Part shown: positions 37,782 through 47,512 of the stretch, one piece after another | Layout of the letters: each line of letters begins with the position of its first letter | How positions within the stretch are numbered: the stretch's first letter is position 1 | Source: Candidatus Woesearchaeota archaeon | Lineage (GTDB): Archaea > Nanobdellota > Nanobdellia > Woesearchaeales > CG1-02-33-12 | Assembly: GCA_017610275.1 (NCBI GenBank) | Contig: JAFCCI010000001.1 | Coordinates: 1 to 47,512 of the forward strand | DNA: 47,512 nucleotides | Direction of reading: 5' to 3' | The notes under the pieces: generated by a model | The model's input: the letters and a program-made list of their open reading frames with translations, nothing else | Told to the model about the DNA's origin: nothing | Database searches by the model: none | Position numbers and translations under genes: made by a program

Positions 37782-37949
37782 TTACTGCATTTCAGGAGGA
37801 ATTAATATAGGTATTCCATCCTTTATAGGATAAATAGCCTTGCATTTTGTGCAGACTAACTTTTTCTTATCTTTGTTATACTTAAGGTTAGATTTGCATA
37901 CAGGGCATGCCAGTATTTTAAAGAGTTTTTTTGGAATTGGTTCTTTCAT
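37782..37949 (-). CDS. trm112: Trm112-family protein (55 aa, not in ORF track)
   Basis: Manual translation MKEPIPKKLFKILACPVCKSNLKY...LVCTKCKAIYPIKDGIPILIPPEMQ. Confidence 0.9.
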   Translation of the reverse strand: MKEPIPKKLFKILACPVCKSNLKYNKDKKKLVCTKCKAIYPIKDGIPILIPPEMQ

Positions 37950-38150
37950 TTGAATTATCCTAATAATATGATTTGTTTCTTTTAAAGCTTTCGCAATGTT
38001 TTAAAAATAATTTATCTGAAAAAATTGAATTCATTTTTAAATCTTTCTTAAAAACCGAAAGCTTTATATATAATGCATAAATACTATTTATAAACATTTG
38101 GTTTAAAAATTATTTTAACTGAAAGGTATTAAATTTTGGGGGTGCCTATT

Positions 38151-39074
38151 ATGCCTAATTATATAAAAAAATGCCCTGAATGCGGGAGCATAAACTTATT
38201 CTGGAATAAGGATAGGGGAGAAGTAATCTGCCGAGACTGTGGCCTAGTCATTGAAGATAAGATGATTGATTTCACACAGGAATGGCATGATTTTGATGGT
38301 GATTCATCTGAGAAGAAAAGAAGGGCTGGAGCTCCAATGACCTATACCCAGTTTGACCATGGTTTGGGTACAGATATTGGAAGAAAAGCAGACTTAAGTT
38401 CATTAAGTCAGAAAAACAGAAACAAATTCTTTAGATTGAGGAAATGGCAATATAGGATTTCAACTGCTATTGAGAGAAATCTTAAGCTTGCACTTGGGGA
38501 ACTTAAAAGAGTTGCCTCTTATCTCAAGCTTCCTGGTAGTGTTGAAGAGGAAGCAGCAAGGATTTACACTATGGCGGTCCAGAAGGGCCTTGTAAGGGGT
38601 CGTTCAATGGAATCTGTTGTTGCAGGGGCGCTCTATGCTGCATGCAGAAGGCATGAAGTTCCAAGAACACTTGATGAATTATCTGAGGCAAGTGGAATTG
38701 AGAAAAAGGAAATTGGAAGAACATACCGTTTTGTAACAAGAGAACTTGGAATAACAATACTTCCAAGCAACCCTGCTGATTACATAGCAAGATTTTCCTC
38801 AGCACTAAAGCTTTCTGCAGAGACACAGTCAAATGCAATTGAAATACTTGAGCAGGCCCAAAAAGCAGAGCTTACCTCTGGAAGAGGCCCAACAGGGATT
38901 GCAGCAGCATCATTATATGTTTCTGCATTACTGCATGGAGAAAAAAGGACTCAAAGGGAAGTTGCTGATGTTGCAGGTGTCACAGAAGTTACAATTAGAA
39001 ACAGATACAAGGAGTTGCTTGACAAGCTTAAGCTTGAGAAAGAAATCAAGAAATTAAAAAAGAAAAAAGACTAA
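38151..39074 (+). CDS. tfb: transcription initiation factor IIB
   Basis: CPECGS..CRDCG Zn ribbon, ERNL, GRS, PRTLDE, GRGPTG, VAGVTEVTIRNRYKEL. Confidence 0.97.
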   Translation: MPNYIKKCPECGSINLFWNKDRGEVICRDCGLVIEDKMIDFTQEWHDFDGDSSEKKRRAGAPMTYTQFDHGLGTDIGRKADLSSLSQKNRNKFFRLRKWQYRISTAIERNLKLALGELKRVASYLKLPGSVEEEAARIYTMAVQKGLVRGRSMESVVAGALYAACRRHEVPRTLDELSEASGIEKKEIGRTYRFVTRELGITILPSNPADYIARFSSALKLSAETQSNAIEILEQAQKAELTSGRGPTGIAAASLYVSALLHGEKRTQREVADVAGVTEVTIRNRYKELLDKLKLEKEIKKLKKKKD

Positions 39075-39367
39075 AATCTGAACAAAACTTTTTCGAAATC
39101 TTGTATTTTTTTGTTTTTTATTTTAATGCCCTCTTTTTTTAACAATTCTATTTTCTTTTTGATGCCTTTGCCATAACCACCAACAAATCCATTTGAGTTA
39201 ACAACCCTATAACAGGGTATTATTATTGGCCTTTTGTTATTATGCAACGCAGTTCCAACAGCCCTATAAGCCCTTATATTTAATTTTTCAGCTATGATTT
39301 TATATGTTGTTACTTTGCCTTTTGGAATCCTTTTTGTAAGTTTTAAAACCTTCTCGTTGAATTGCAT
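39071..39367 (-). CDS. ogt: O6-methylguanine-DNA methyltransferase, C-terminal domain only
   Basis: IPKGKVTTY, RAVGTAL, IPCYRVV, LLKKEG. Confidence 0.85.
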   Translation of the reverse strand: MQFNEKVLKLTKRIPKGKVTTYKIIAEKLNIRAYRAVGTALHNNKRPIIIPCYRVVNSNGFVGGYGKGIKKKIELLKKEGIKIKNKKIQDFEKVLFRF

Positions 39368-39369
39368 TT

Positions 39370-40605
39370 TTAGTTTAAAATATTTAGAATATTATTAAGG
39401 TTTTCTTTTGTCTGCTCTTTCTTATAGGTTTTTGCCAGGTTTATTATTTTGTTTTTATTGAGCTTAATTCTTTTTTGCTTTAATAATATCTCTGTATTAC
39501 AAGACATAAGGAACTGGCAGAACTGTGTTACATTTTTTGGCTTTTCTGTTATTTTGCAGCGTTCAAAGTCAATCAGAACAGGCTTTTTGTCAATTATAAC
39601 ATGCTTCAATGGGCGATGCATCTCCTCCTTATCAACCCTGAGCTTATCCATAAGGTAAAGCTGGTTAAAGACATTTTTTATTGTTTTAATGATATTTCTC
39701 TTGTTATTTTTTTCAATAAAATCAAGGATAAAATCTCCCTCAACAAATTCATAAGCAAAATAACCCTTGCCTGAGAAAAGCAGTTTAGGACCAATCTTAT
39801 GCTTGTTTAATATTTTAATCCATTTTGTTTCATTTGCAATTCTTCCACTTGCTTCACTTTCTGGCTTTTTTGTTTTTATAACAATTGTTTTCTTTTTCAG
39901 GCAGGCCTTGTAAAGAAGCCCGCGATTGCCTCTTGCAAATTTTTTTATGTTTTTCAAGCCCTTTTTTTCCAGTGTTTTTAACATACTTGGTTTTTTTATT
40001 AGATAAACAAACAAGGTTTCAAAAAACAATTTTTTTTCATCTATTTTCTTAAATTCAAAACAGTAATTCTTCAATAATTCATCAACTTTTTTCTTTTTTG
40101 TCAGTGAGCTGAAGACAATAAGAATTTTTCCGTTTTCTTTTAGATACTCGCTTGCCTCAGAAAGAAATCTTTCCAGGGCCTCATGGCCTTTTTTTCCGCC
40201 GTAAATGCTTTTGTCTTCTATGCATTTGTCTTGTGGAAGATATGGCGGGTTGAATATTATTAAGTCAAATAAAATCTTTTTTTCAAGAAAATCATGTATT
40301 TTTTCATTTTCTTTTAGAAAATTATTTTTAAATTGCTTTTTTGCTTGTATTTTTTTAAATAAATCAAACAAGCTGCTTTCAAAAAAACAAATATTTTTTA
40401 CATTCTGCTTAAATGCATTTTCCTTTGCTAGTTTGATTGCATCCCTGCTTATATCAATTCCAATCACCAACTTGGCTTTTTCTGAGGCTGCTATTGCCTG
40501 TATTCCAGAGCCTGTTCCAACATCCAGTACAAAACCATTGGAATATTTTTTTACATGCTCTGCCAGCAGAAAAGAATCTTCCATTGGCTCATAGATTTCA
40601 AACAT
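39370..40605 (-). CDS. HemK/PrmC-type methyltransferase fused to an atypical protein-kinase-like domain
   Basis: YEPMEDS, DVGTGSG, FNPPY; C-half ARGNRG, VIK, NE, EMHRP, LIDFE. Confidence 0.85.
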   Translation of the reverse strand: MFEIYEPMEDSFLLAEHVKKYSNGFVLDVGTGSGIQAIAASEKAKLVIGIDISRDAIKLAKENAFKQNVKNICFFESSLFDLFKKIQAKKQFKNNFLKENEKIHDFLEKKILFDLIIFNPPYLPQDKCIEDKSIYGGKKGHEALERFLSEASEYLKENGKILIVFSSLTKKKKVDELLKNYCFEFKKIDEKKLFFETLFVYLIKKPSMLKTLEKKGLKNIKKFARGNRGLLYKACLKKKTIVIKTKKPESEASGRIANETKWIKILNKHKIGPKLLFSGKGYFAYEFVEGDFILDFIEKNNKRNIIKTIKNVFNQLYLMDKLRVDKEEMHRPLKHVIIDKKPVLIDFERCKITEKPKNVTQFCQFLMSCNTEILLKQKRIKLNKNKIINLAKTYKKEQTKENLNNILNILN

Positions 40606-40672
40606 AATGATTAAGAATAAGAATTAGTTATTAAATCTTTTGTATAAATAAAAAATAAAAAATTAAGAAAAT

Positions 40673-40987
40673 TTATCTTCTTCTCTTTTTCTTGGCAGGC
40701 TTCTTTTTCTTTACTACTTTTTTCTTCTTAGGCTTAGCTTTCTTCTTCTTTTTCTTGTGTCCGCCTCTAGCCATCTTTGCCCTTGAAACGTCACCTTTCT
40801 TGTCAATGAAGTAAAGGTATCCTGATACTTTTTTGACTCCTACCTTTTCTACTTTCTCCTTCTTCTTCCTTCCTTTCTTCCTTCCGCCTCGAGCCATCTC
40901 TACTCTGGATATATCTCCTGCCTTATCAATAAAGTACAGATATCCGGCTTTTTTCTTAATTCCTACTTTTGCTACTTTTTCAGCCAT
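40673..40987 (-). CDS. basic two-repeat protein with Lys-rich tail, putative nucleoid protein
   Basis: Two copies of EKVxKVGxKKxxGYLYFIDKxGDxSRxxMARGG; AGGAGG SD before ATG 40987. Confidence 0.85.
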   Translation of the reverse strand: MAEKVAKVGIKKKAGYLYFIDKAGDISRVEMARGGRKKGRKKKEKVEKVGVKKVSGYLYFIDKKGDVSRAKMARGGHKKKKKKAKPKKKKVVKKKKPAKKKRRR

Positions 40988-41042
40988 TTTTTGACCTCCT
41001 TTTTGTTTTAGAATACTCCCCCAAACCAAATAGGGTAATTGA

Positions 41043-41098
41043 TTTATTGACGAGCTAGTATTTAAACTTTGCTGTTTTTCATGACGGTTTATTGACGA
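41043..41098. promoter_or_regulatory. 11-bp direct repeat TTTATTGACGA flanking a TATA box
   Basis: Copies at 41043-41053 and 41088-41098; minus-strand TTTAAATA between them. Confidence 0.55.
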
Positions 41099-41131
41099 AA
41101 AAATAAGAAATTAGTATACTGATTTAGTTAT

Positions 41132-41605
41132 TTACTGCTTTTTTTTGAAGTTTTCATCAACTGCATTAAAGTATTCCTTAACTCTGGTTAAAACAGTTGG
41201 TATCAAAAAGCTCTCAAACTTTTCCTCAAATATTTCACCCAGGCTTAAAAATTCTGTAATCCTATAATTATTGTTTATTTTCTCAATTATAAATAACTCT
41301 TTTAATCTTCTTAACTGTCTCCTTATGTTTGAGGGTGCTATTCCTGCAAGAGGCAGCTTGTGTTTTTTTCTTGCCTTAACAACTTTGTCCTTAATTTCTT
41401 CTGATGTTAGTTTCTTTTTTTGCTTTTTTGCATTTAGAAGAACATAAAGAACATCAACTATAACATCACGAGAATCTCCTGGCTGCAAAATCCCCATGCT
41501 TAGGCATAATTTTCTGATAAGCTCTCTTCTTGTCTCTTTGTGAGGCTTCTCATAGCGCCTTAAGGTTATTTCTGAAAGTGGAATATCTCTTGATATTTTT
41601 TTCAT
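41132..41605 (-). CDS. putative wHTH DNA-binding protein
   Basis: LTSEEI...APSNIRRQLRRLKELFIIEK..NYRI pattern. Confidence 0.7.
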   Translation of the reverse strand: MKKISRDIPLSEITLRRYEKPHKETRRELIRKLCLSMGILQPGDSRDVIVDVLYVLLNAKKQKKKLTSEEIKDKVVKARKKHKLPLAGIAPSNIRRQLRRLKELFIIEKINNNYRITEFLSLGEIFEEKFESFLIPTVLTRVKEYFNAVDENFKKKQ

Positions 41606-41656
41606 GATTAAAGAATTTAATAATAAGCTTATATTTATAATTTTTGTTTAAAAGAA

Positions 41657-41806
41657 TTATTTTAATACACAATTACACTCTAGGCATACATGTGTTCCAA
41701 GTTTTTCATCAAACCTTGTGTTCACACCATAATCTAACACAGTTCCACACTTTGGGCATTTTGGTTCTAAAAATTCCATAGACTCAAATAGATTAAGATT
41801 TTCCAC
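41657..41806 (-). CDS. 49-aa Zn-ribbon microprotein (not in ORF track)
   Basis: GTG start with GGGGG SD-like run; MENLNLFESMEFLEPKCPKCGTVLDYGVNTRFDEKLGTHVCLECNCVLK. Confidence 0.7.
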   Translation of the reverse strand: MENLNLFESMEFLEPKCPKCGTVLDYGVNTRFDEKLGTHVCLECNCVLK

Positions 41807-41916
41807 CTAGAACCCCCTACACTTAGTATTCTGGAATCTGTTCTATATAAACCTTTCTAATTTTTATTTCTAAAAAACGCAAAATTTAAATGCAGTAGCT
41901 TTTTAACTTCTAAAAT

Positions 41917-42144
41917 ATGAGAAATAATAAACTAGTTAAAAAAATTAAAGAGCCCACGAGCTTAAGCTATATAAACAGAGAAAAAGGATTTCAGCTAAAT
42001 GCACAATCTGTTGATGATATAAGAGGGCACATTAGCCCTTTGTTAAAATACAGGGGATTAGTTGATTTGAAAAATAATACTACTGTGAAAATATATGCAA
42101 ATGATGAATTTTGGGAAAAGAAAGATTATCTTACCAAATTATAA
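41917..42144 (+). CDS. hypothetical protein
   Basis: 75-aa ATG ORF with TTTAAATG upstream; no motif recognised. Confidence 0.45.
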   Translation: MRNNKLVKKIKEPTSLSYINREKGFQLNAQSVDDIRGHISPLLKYRGLVDLKNNTTVKIYANDEFWEKKDYLTKL

Positions 42145-42721
42145 ATTTTTTCTTATAACTTAAACATTCCCACCAGTCTGAGAAGTCAACAAAAAATGGT
42201 AGATTATTGTCTTGTTTTAGATGTTCCATTTTATTGTTAACTATAAGTTCAACTTCTCCTGTAAAAACATTATTTTTTTGTTTGAAATGGTTTGCAATAA
42301 TTTTATTACTTATCCTAATTTTATAATTATCATACAGCTGTTTTTTTAAGATCATATGATTCTAATATATTATTTACCAAATAGGAATCATTCCTGCTTA
42401 ATATCCTTAAAGTTTTCTTACCCTTTCCTAAATGCTCATCTATTTTTGAAAGATTTTTTAACCTAACATCTTTTATATTTTCTTTGGCAATAACATAAGG
42501 AACCCCTTCTAAGATAGATATCATTTTCCTAAATTGTTTTTCACTATTTATTTTTAAAACTTTATTTAATGTATATAACATAAAACTTTCATAGAATTTA
42601 TAACTCTTTTTTTGTCTTTCTGATATTTCCTTGCATTTAGTAAGATTTTCCCAAGTGTATGATTTTTGATTAATGTGTCATCAAAATCAATAAAAGCATC
42701 TACTCTTTCATCAATTGCCAT
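42131..42721 (-). pseudogene. HAD-superfamily hydrolase split by two frameshifts
   Basis: MAIDERVDAFIDFDDTL (motif I) from 42721, then ILSRN in ORF 42330-42581 and IIANHF..FTGEV in ORF 42131-42355; junctions at two A7 runs. Confidence 0.65.
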
Positions 42722-42726
42722 CTTAA

Positions 42727-45183
42727 CTATTTGAAATATGTATCAAGTTTGCTTTGGTTAAGGCTATTAATTAAATCATCTTTTTCAAAGCCCAGAACCT
42801 CAAATATCTTTTCAACAGAAGGAATTATCTGATTATTTATATAATAATCAGAGTCATAATCGTCTTTGCTTATCTCTTCTGGAAGCTTAGCCCTATCTCT
42901 TATTTTTTCTTTGATTTTCCCCTTTGTTATGACATATTTTATAAGTGAGCCAGGACCAACAGGAATACCCTTATTAATCATCCTTTTGGCAACTGCAACA
43001 TGTGGCCCAATGGAATCATATTCGCTTATTGCTTTTTGCAGCTGAGTATGTATAACAACTTTTTCAATAGGAATTTTTTTATCCCTTAAATCTGTAATAA
43101 TATCCTTCACATAATCAAATGCCTTTTTTGGATTTCCTTCTTTTAAAATTATATTCAAAATCTCCCTTTGAGTTTCCTTAGCAACAAATGACCAGTTTCT
43201 TCTTATTGTCTCAAACCCTTTGATGATAATATGATTATCTTCTGACAACAGGGCATATTTTTTCTTTGCACCATACGCACCCTCTTTTGCTGAAACAAAA
43301 ATTCCTCTTGGATAAAATCCTTCATACTCAATTTCCATCAAGTCTGGAAGATTGGCATTAATTGATTCAACAAACTTTTTTGTATCATCCTTTGTTTTTT
43401 CATCTAATATTAAAAATACAGAATCTGTATCAGAATACAACACCTTAAAGCCGGCATTTTTTGCATCATCAATAACCTTTTGTATGTAATACCTTCCGTA
43501 AGCGGTTATGCTCCTTGCACATTCTATCGAGTACCACCTTGCTCCAAAAAAACCCATGTAACCATACATAGAGTTTCCAATTGTTTTTAATGCGTACTGC
43601 CTTGCATTAAACAGCTTAAGTTTTTTCTTATCAACGGTTTTCATTATTTCTTTTACACGCATCCTTCTCGTTATTATACCCTCAAGGACTGTTGAGATAA
43701 AGCCCTTTTTCTTTGAGCAAAACCAGTATTTATCAAACTCCGGGACATGTTTTTCATCCTCGCAGCATCTGCAGTTAAGCGTGTCCGGAGAAATGTTATG
43801 GGAGGTTATTATAGTGGGATATAGGCTTCTGAAATCAAAAATTATTATATTTTTATACAGTCCAGGTGTAGGCTTGAAAACAAATGCTCCCTTATATGTA
43901 TTATTTCTTCTTTCCTTTATTTGATCATAAGTTGGTTTGTTTGGAGCAATTTCATTAATAACATTTGCCTGTTTTATCAAGTACCATTCATCCAATTGTG
44001 AGAAACTCATTCTGCTTACCTCAGCTATTGGAAGCCCGACTATTTTGATAAGTTCGATTATATTTGGCAGAATTTCCTTGCAAAGCATGAATGTTAATTT
44101 TGAATCCTGAAGATTATAATCACAGAACTCTTCAAGCTGTTCTGGTTTGTTGTCCCATACAGAAGCAAGGTTATCAAGGTTAACATCATTTTTCTTTTCT
44201 CCAAGAATCTCTTCTGCAACTGAGTTAAGGGAATATGTGTCTGTCTCTAGTGTTGTTCCCATTATTTTTCTTATGAACTTGAATATGTCAAGGTGGGCAA
44301 TACCTGTAAGTTTTGCTGTTGAAATACCTCTTTTATTAATTTTTACTGAGCTGTAGTCAAGGCCAATATCAAGGTTTATATTATACTTTTTTGCTCTCTC
44401 TTCAATGTAAGGAAAATCAAAACCGTCAGAAAAATAGCCCGTTATTATATCCGGCTTGTACAATCCTATAATTTCCCTGAATTTGTTTATCAAACCAAGC
44501 TCACTGTCAACGAATTCAATGTTTTTGTTATCTGTCTTAAATCTCTTCCATGTTATTATTTTCCTTAACTCATTGCCATAAAAACTTATCATAATTATAG
44601 GATCTTTTTTTGCATCAATGTTTTTCCCTCTTGGATTATATGTTTCTATATCAAATGCAAGTATTCTTGGATTTTCTATTATTTCATCACCTATATTCCC
44701 CACCTTTTCTGCTTTCATAACAGAAACTCTTGATTTTTTATTTATGAATTCACCTTCTGCTTTGCACAGGGTCAGGGGTATTATATCCTTATCTATTAGA
44801 TATCTTCTTGTAAATGAAATGTCAAATTCATATGTTTTAACATCAAGATTTTTTATTTCATTTCTTATTATATTAACATCTCTTGGCAGCTTTGTAAATA
44901 CTTTTATTGCAGTTATGTTCTTTCCAAAGAACTTCTTTTCCTTTACCTGTGTTTTTGTAACTATGCTTATTTCCTTATCTTTCTCAACCCTTATCTTTTC
45001 TATGTTTTCCACTATTTTATTTATACTATCTTTTTTTGATATAACCCAAAAATAAGGCTCAAAACTGTTATCCTGAACACAGATCTGCTTTCCATCAGCA
45101 GTTCTTCCAAACAGATTTATGACTGCCTTGCCCTGTTCTACACTATAGCTTATATCTATGGGGTAAAATTCTATTTCAACCAT
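42727..45183 (-). CDS. polB: family B DNA polymerase
   Basis: FDIET exo I, FDFRSLYP, KTIGNSMYG, YSDTDS, KKKY, PIP-like QSKLDTYF. Confidence 0.97.
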   Translation of the reverse strand: MVEIEFYPIDISYSVEQGKAVINLFGRTADGKQICVQDNSFEPYFWVISKKDSINKIVENIEKIRVEKDKEISIVTKTQVKEKKFFGKNITAIKVFTKLPRDVNIIRNEIKNLDVKTYEFDISFTRRYLIDKDIIPLTLCKAEGEFINKKSRVSVMKAEKVGNIGDEIIENPRILAFDIETYNPRGKNIDAKKDPIIMISFYGNELRKIITWKRFKTDNKNIEFVDSELGLINKFREIIGLYKPDIITGYFSDGFDFPYIEERAKKYNINLDIGLDYSSVKINKRGISTAKLTGIAHLDIFKFIRKIMGTTLETDTYSLNSVAEEILGEKKNDVNLDNLASVWDNKPEQLEEFCDYNLQDSKLTFMLCKEILPNIIELIKIVGLPIAEVSRMSFSQLDEWYLIKQANVINEIAPNKPTYDQIKERRNNTYKGAFVFKPTPGLYKNIIIFDFRSLYPTIITSHNISPDTLNCRCCEDEKHVPEFDKYWFCSKKKGFISTVLEGIITRRMRVKEIMKTVDKKKLKLFNARQYALKTIGNSMYGYMGFFGARWYSIECARSITAYGRYYIQKVIDDAKNAGFKVLYSDTDSVFLILDEKTKDDTKKFVESINANLPDLMEIEYEGFYPRGIFVSAKEGAYGAKKKYALLSEDNHIIIKGFETIRRNWSFVAKETQREILNIILKEGNPKKAFDYVKDIITDLRDKKIPIEKVVIHTQLQKAISEYDSIGPHVAVAKRMINKGIPVGPGSLIKYVITKGKIKEKIRDRAKLPEEISKDDYDSDYYINNQIIPSVEKIFEVLGFEKDDLINSLNQSKLDTYFK

Positions 45184-45269
45184 TTTACTACTAAAAGAGT
45201 GATTTATATATAAACTTTATGACTATTTTTTCAATAAAATATATATAATCTATTAATAAATTAGATAAA

Positions 45270-47111
45270 ATGAGACTAAGATTATCATGCAAGGAACTGA
45301 TTTTTCCAATTTTAATTCTGATTTCATTCTTGGTGTGGAAGCCAGTAATAATATTTATTTTCCCAGGCATTTTGATATTTTACATTAAAGATTTTAAGAA
45401 AATAGGATTAAGCGAAATTGTAGTTTATACAATTGGATTATCACTCTCATTCTGGATTTGCGCTTTCTGGATTTTGAGGTTCGTAAAAATACCTTTTACA
45501 CTCTTATTTTATATTGTTTCTGCAGCATGTTTTGGATATGTTTTTTACTTTAGTTATTTTAAGAAAAATCTTAACATTAAGATAAATTACAGGGAGATTA
45601 TAATCATTGCATTCTTCATAATTGTTTTGTTATTATACACTCCAATCATGAGAAACCAGATTGTGGCAGCTGGCGCAGATATGTCAATGCATACTTATAT
45701 TGCAAAGTTAATATATGAGAAAAATGGGTTTCCCTTGAGTTATAAACCAATCCTGCCAATAAACCATTTTGGTGTATATAACACTGGTTTTCAATCAATC
45801 TCTGCCTTGATATCCCTTATAGGAAATTCACCTGTTTACAGAAGCACGCTTTTAATGACAGGTTTTACATATTTCTTTTTTAGCATTTGCCTTTATGTTT
45901 TTCTCAGAAGATTTTATAATAAATGGATTAGCCTTGTTACATCTTTAACTATATCTTTTGCAGGATATCAACCAATGGGTTATATTGGTTGGGGGGGAAA
46001 TTCCACTATTTTGTCTTTATCATTTGTAATCCTTGGCTTATCTTTAATATATTTATTTAAAGAAGAATCAATATCTTCAATGTTCATAATCTCTTTGGTT
46101 TTATGTTCTGCTTTTCTTACAAACTCTGCTTATCTTCTTATATTTTCATATATTTATATAGGAATTTTTTTGTTTAATTTAATTAAATCAAAATTAAGAA
46201 AAAGCTTTATTATTAAGCATGTTTTAATAGTGATAATCTCATTATTGATATTGTCTCCTTTTATATTAAATCTTAGATTTGATATTATTTCTAAAAGCGA
46301 AAGGGATTGGGTAACAGAACTCAATCAAAACCATATAACTGCATGGCATGGAAATTTAAAAAATTCAATTGTAACGATTCCAATGAATGTTAGAAAATAT
46401 GATGGCAAATTTATCTCATTTTTAGCTTTCATAGGATTTTTTTGTATGTTATTCACAAATAAACAAGAAGCCTTAAAATATCTTATTGTAACTGGAATTC
46501 TATTTGTTCTTATCCTCAACTCTCATTATTATATTTTGCCATTTTCTTATATCTTATTTTCATACAGAATAGCAACAATGGCTTTGATACCTTTTGCAAT
46601 ATTCATTGGAGGTTTGATAACCTTTATATCTAGAACTGCAGTTATCAATTTAAAGAAAAAAGAAATAACTAAAAGAATATTGGGAGTTTGTGCTTTAGTA
46701 TTTCTCTTTTTAGTGTTTACTGGTTTTATTCAGAATTCAATTTCAAGATATTCATTTTTTATAAGAAGTTCACAGATCAACAGTATGGTAACCCCAAATG
46801 ATATTGAAGCTTACAAATGGATTGAGGAAAACACAAAAACAACAGACCTATTTTTGAATAATTATGGTGATGGTGGTGCTTGGATACCTGCAATTGCATT
46901 CAGGCCAATAACTAATCCGCATAATGCCCATCCTTATTTTGATGAATTCAGGGAAGGAATAAAAAAATTAACACTAAAATATGTTTATATTGGTGAGAAA
47001 AAAGTTTATAAAATAGACCTTCACCAAGAAGAATTTGATTCAAAGCCAGATGAATATGAACTTGTTTTTTCTAAGGGAAATGTTAAAATATATAAAATAA
47101 ATTTACAATAG
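45270..47111 (+). CDS. polytopic membrane protein, GT-C glycosyltransferase-like
   Basis: More than 10 TM segments, D..H loop (GADMSMH), C-terminal AYKWIEENT soluble domain. Confidence 0.65.
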   Translation: MRLRLSCKELIFPILILISFLVWKPVIIFIFPGILIFYIKDFKKIGLSEIVVYTIGLSLSFWICAFWILRFVKIPFTLLFYIVSAACFGYVFYFSYFKKNLNIKINYREIIIIAFFIIVLLLYTPIMRNQIVAAGADMSMHTYIAKLIYEKNGFPLSYKPILPINHFGVYNTGFQSISALISLIGNSPVYRSTLLMTGFTYFFFSICLYVFLRRFYNKWISLVTSLTISFAGYQPMGYIGWGGNSTILSLSFVILGLSLIYLFKEESISSMFIISLVLCSAFLTNSAYLLIFSYIYIGIFLFNLIKSKLRKSFIIKHVLIVIISLLILSPFILNLRFDIISKSERDWVTELNQNHITAWHGNLKNSIVTIPMNVRKYDGKFISFLAFIGFFCMLFTNKQEALKYLIVTGILFVLILNSHYYILPFSYILFSYRIATMALIPFAIFIGGLITFISRTAVINLKKKEITKRILGVCALVFLFLVFTGFIQNSISRYSFFIRSSQINSMVTPNDIEAYKWIEENTKTTDLFLNNYGDGGAWIPAIAFRPITNPHNAHPYFDEFREGIKKLTLKYVYIGEKKVYKIDLHQEEFDSKPDEYELVFSKGNVKIYKINLQ

Positions 47112-47142
47112 ATTTAAATAATACTTTCTTTTATTAGTTTTT

Positions 47143-47512
47143 ATGATTTATGATTTAATTATAATTGGGGCAGGACCTGCCGGCCTTTCAGCAGCTATTT
47201 ATGCATCAAGATATAATCTCAATACCTTTGTTGTAGGAGATGAGCCAGGAGGAATGGCAGCTGAGGCATATAAAGTAGAGAATTATCCCGGCTTTAAGTC
47301 TGTCTCAGGGATGGAATTAATGAATAAATTTAAAGAGCAAATAAAAGGCTTAGTTGATGTAAAACAGGAAAAAATTATTGAATTAAAAAAAGAAAATGAT
47401 TTTGTGATAACAACCAAAGAAGGAGTTTACAAATCAAAAGCAGTTATAATTGCCTCAGGAACAAAAAGAAGAAAACTTAACATTAAAGGAGAAAAAGAAT
47501 TTCTTGGTAAGG
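47143..47512 (+). CDS. trxB: thioredoxin reductase, N-terminal part (runs off window)
   Basis: Manual translation MIYDLIIIGAGPAGLSAAIYASR...GG..VENYPG...IASG...GEKEFLGK. Confidence 0.9.
   Translation, partial: MIYDLIIIGAGPAGLSAAIYASRYNLNTFVVGDEPGGMAAEAYKVENYPGFKSVSGMELMNKFKEQIKGLVDVKQEKIIELKKENDFVITTKEGVYKSKAVIIASGTKRRKLNIKGEKEFLGK

Noticed and set aside
42727..45183. Intein or viral origin of PolB
   Set aside because: Ordinary length, contiguous motifs, PIP box and chromosomal neighbours.

Overview
AT-rich archaeal chromosome segment, most consistent with a DPANN (Woesearchaeota-like) genome: TFB, SRP54, PolB with PIP box, EndoQ, AMP phosphorylase and intron-containing tRNAs with BHB-type junctions. 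It holds housekeeping and repair genes, a divergent glycogen/alpha-glucan cluster built around a eukaryote-type GT3 glycogen synthase, nucleoside-salvage genes, two lysine-rich putative chromatin proteins and four minus-strand tRNAs: Val(GAC), Thr(GGT), Leu(TAA), Ser(TGA). Main signals: (1) a ~90-nt structured element present three times, as T-loop (59/60) introns in tRNA-Val and tRNA-Ser and as a free inverted copy beside tRNA-Val, with covarying hairpins that fold best on the strand antisense to the tRNA; (2) a ~5.5-kb integrase-less island bounded by a duplication of the tRNA-Ser 3' end, carrying an NMP kinase head-to-head with two radical SAM enzymes, an amidohydrolase and a pyrophosphatase; (3) a shared TTTATYGWCG motif pair upstream of both lysine-rich genes. 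All calls come from reading the sequence by eye; no database searches were run.
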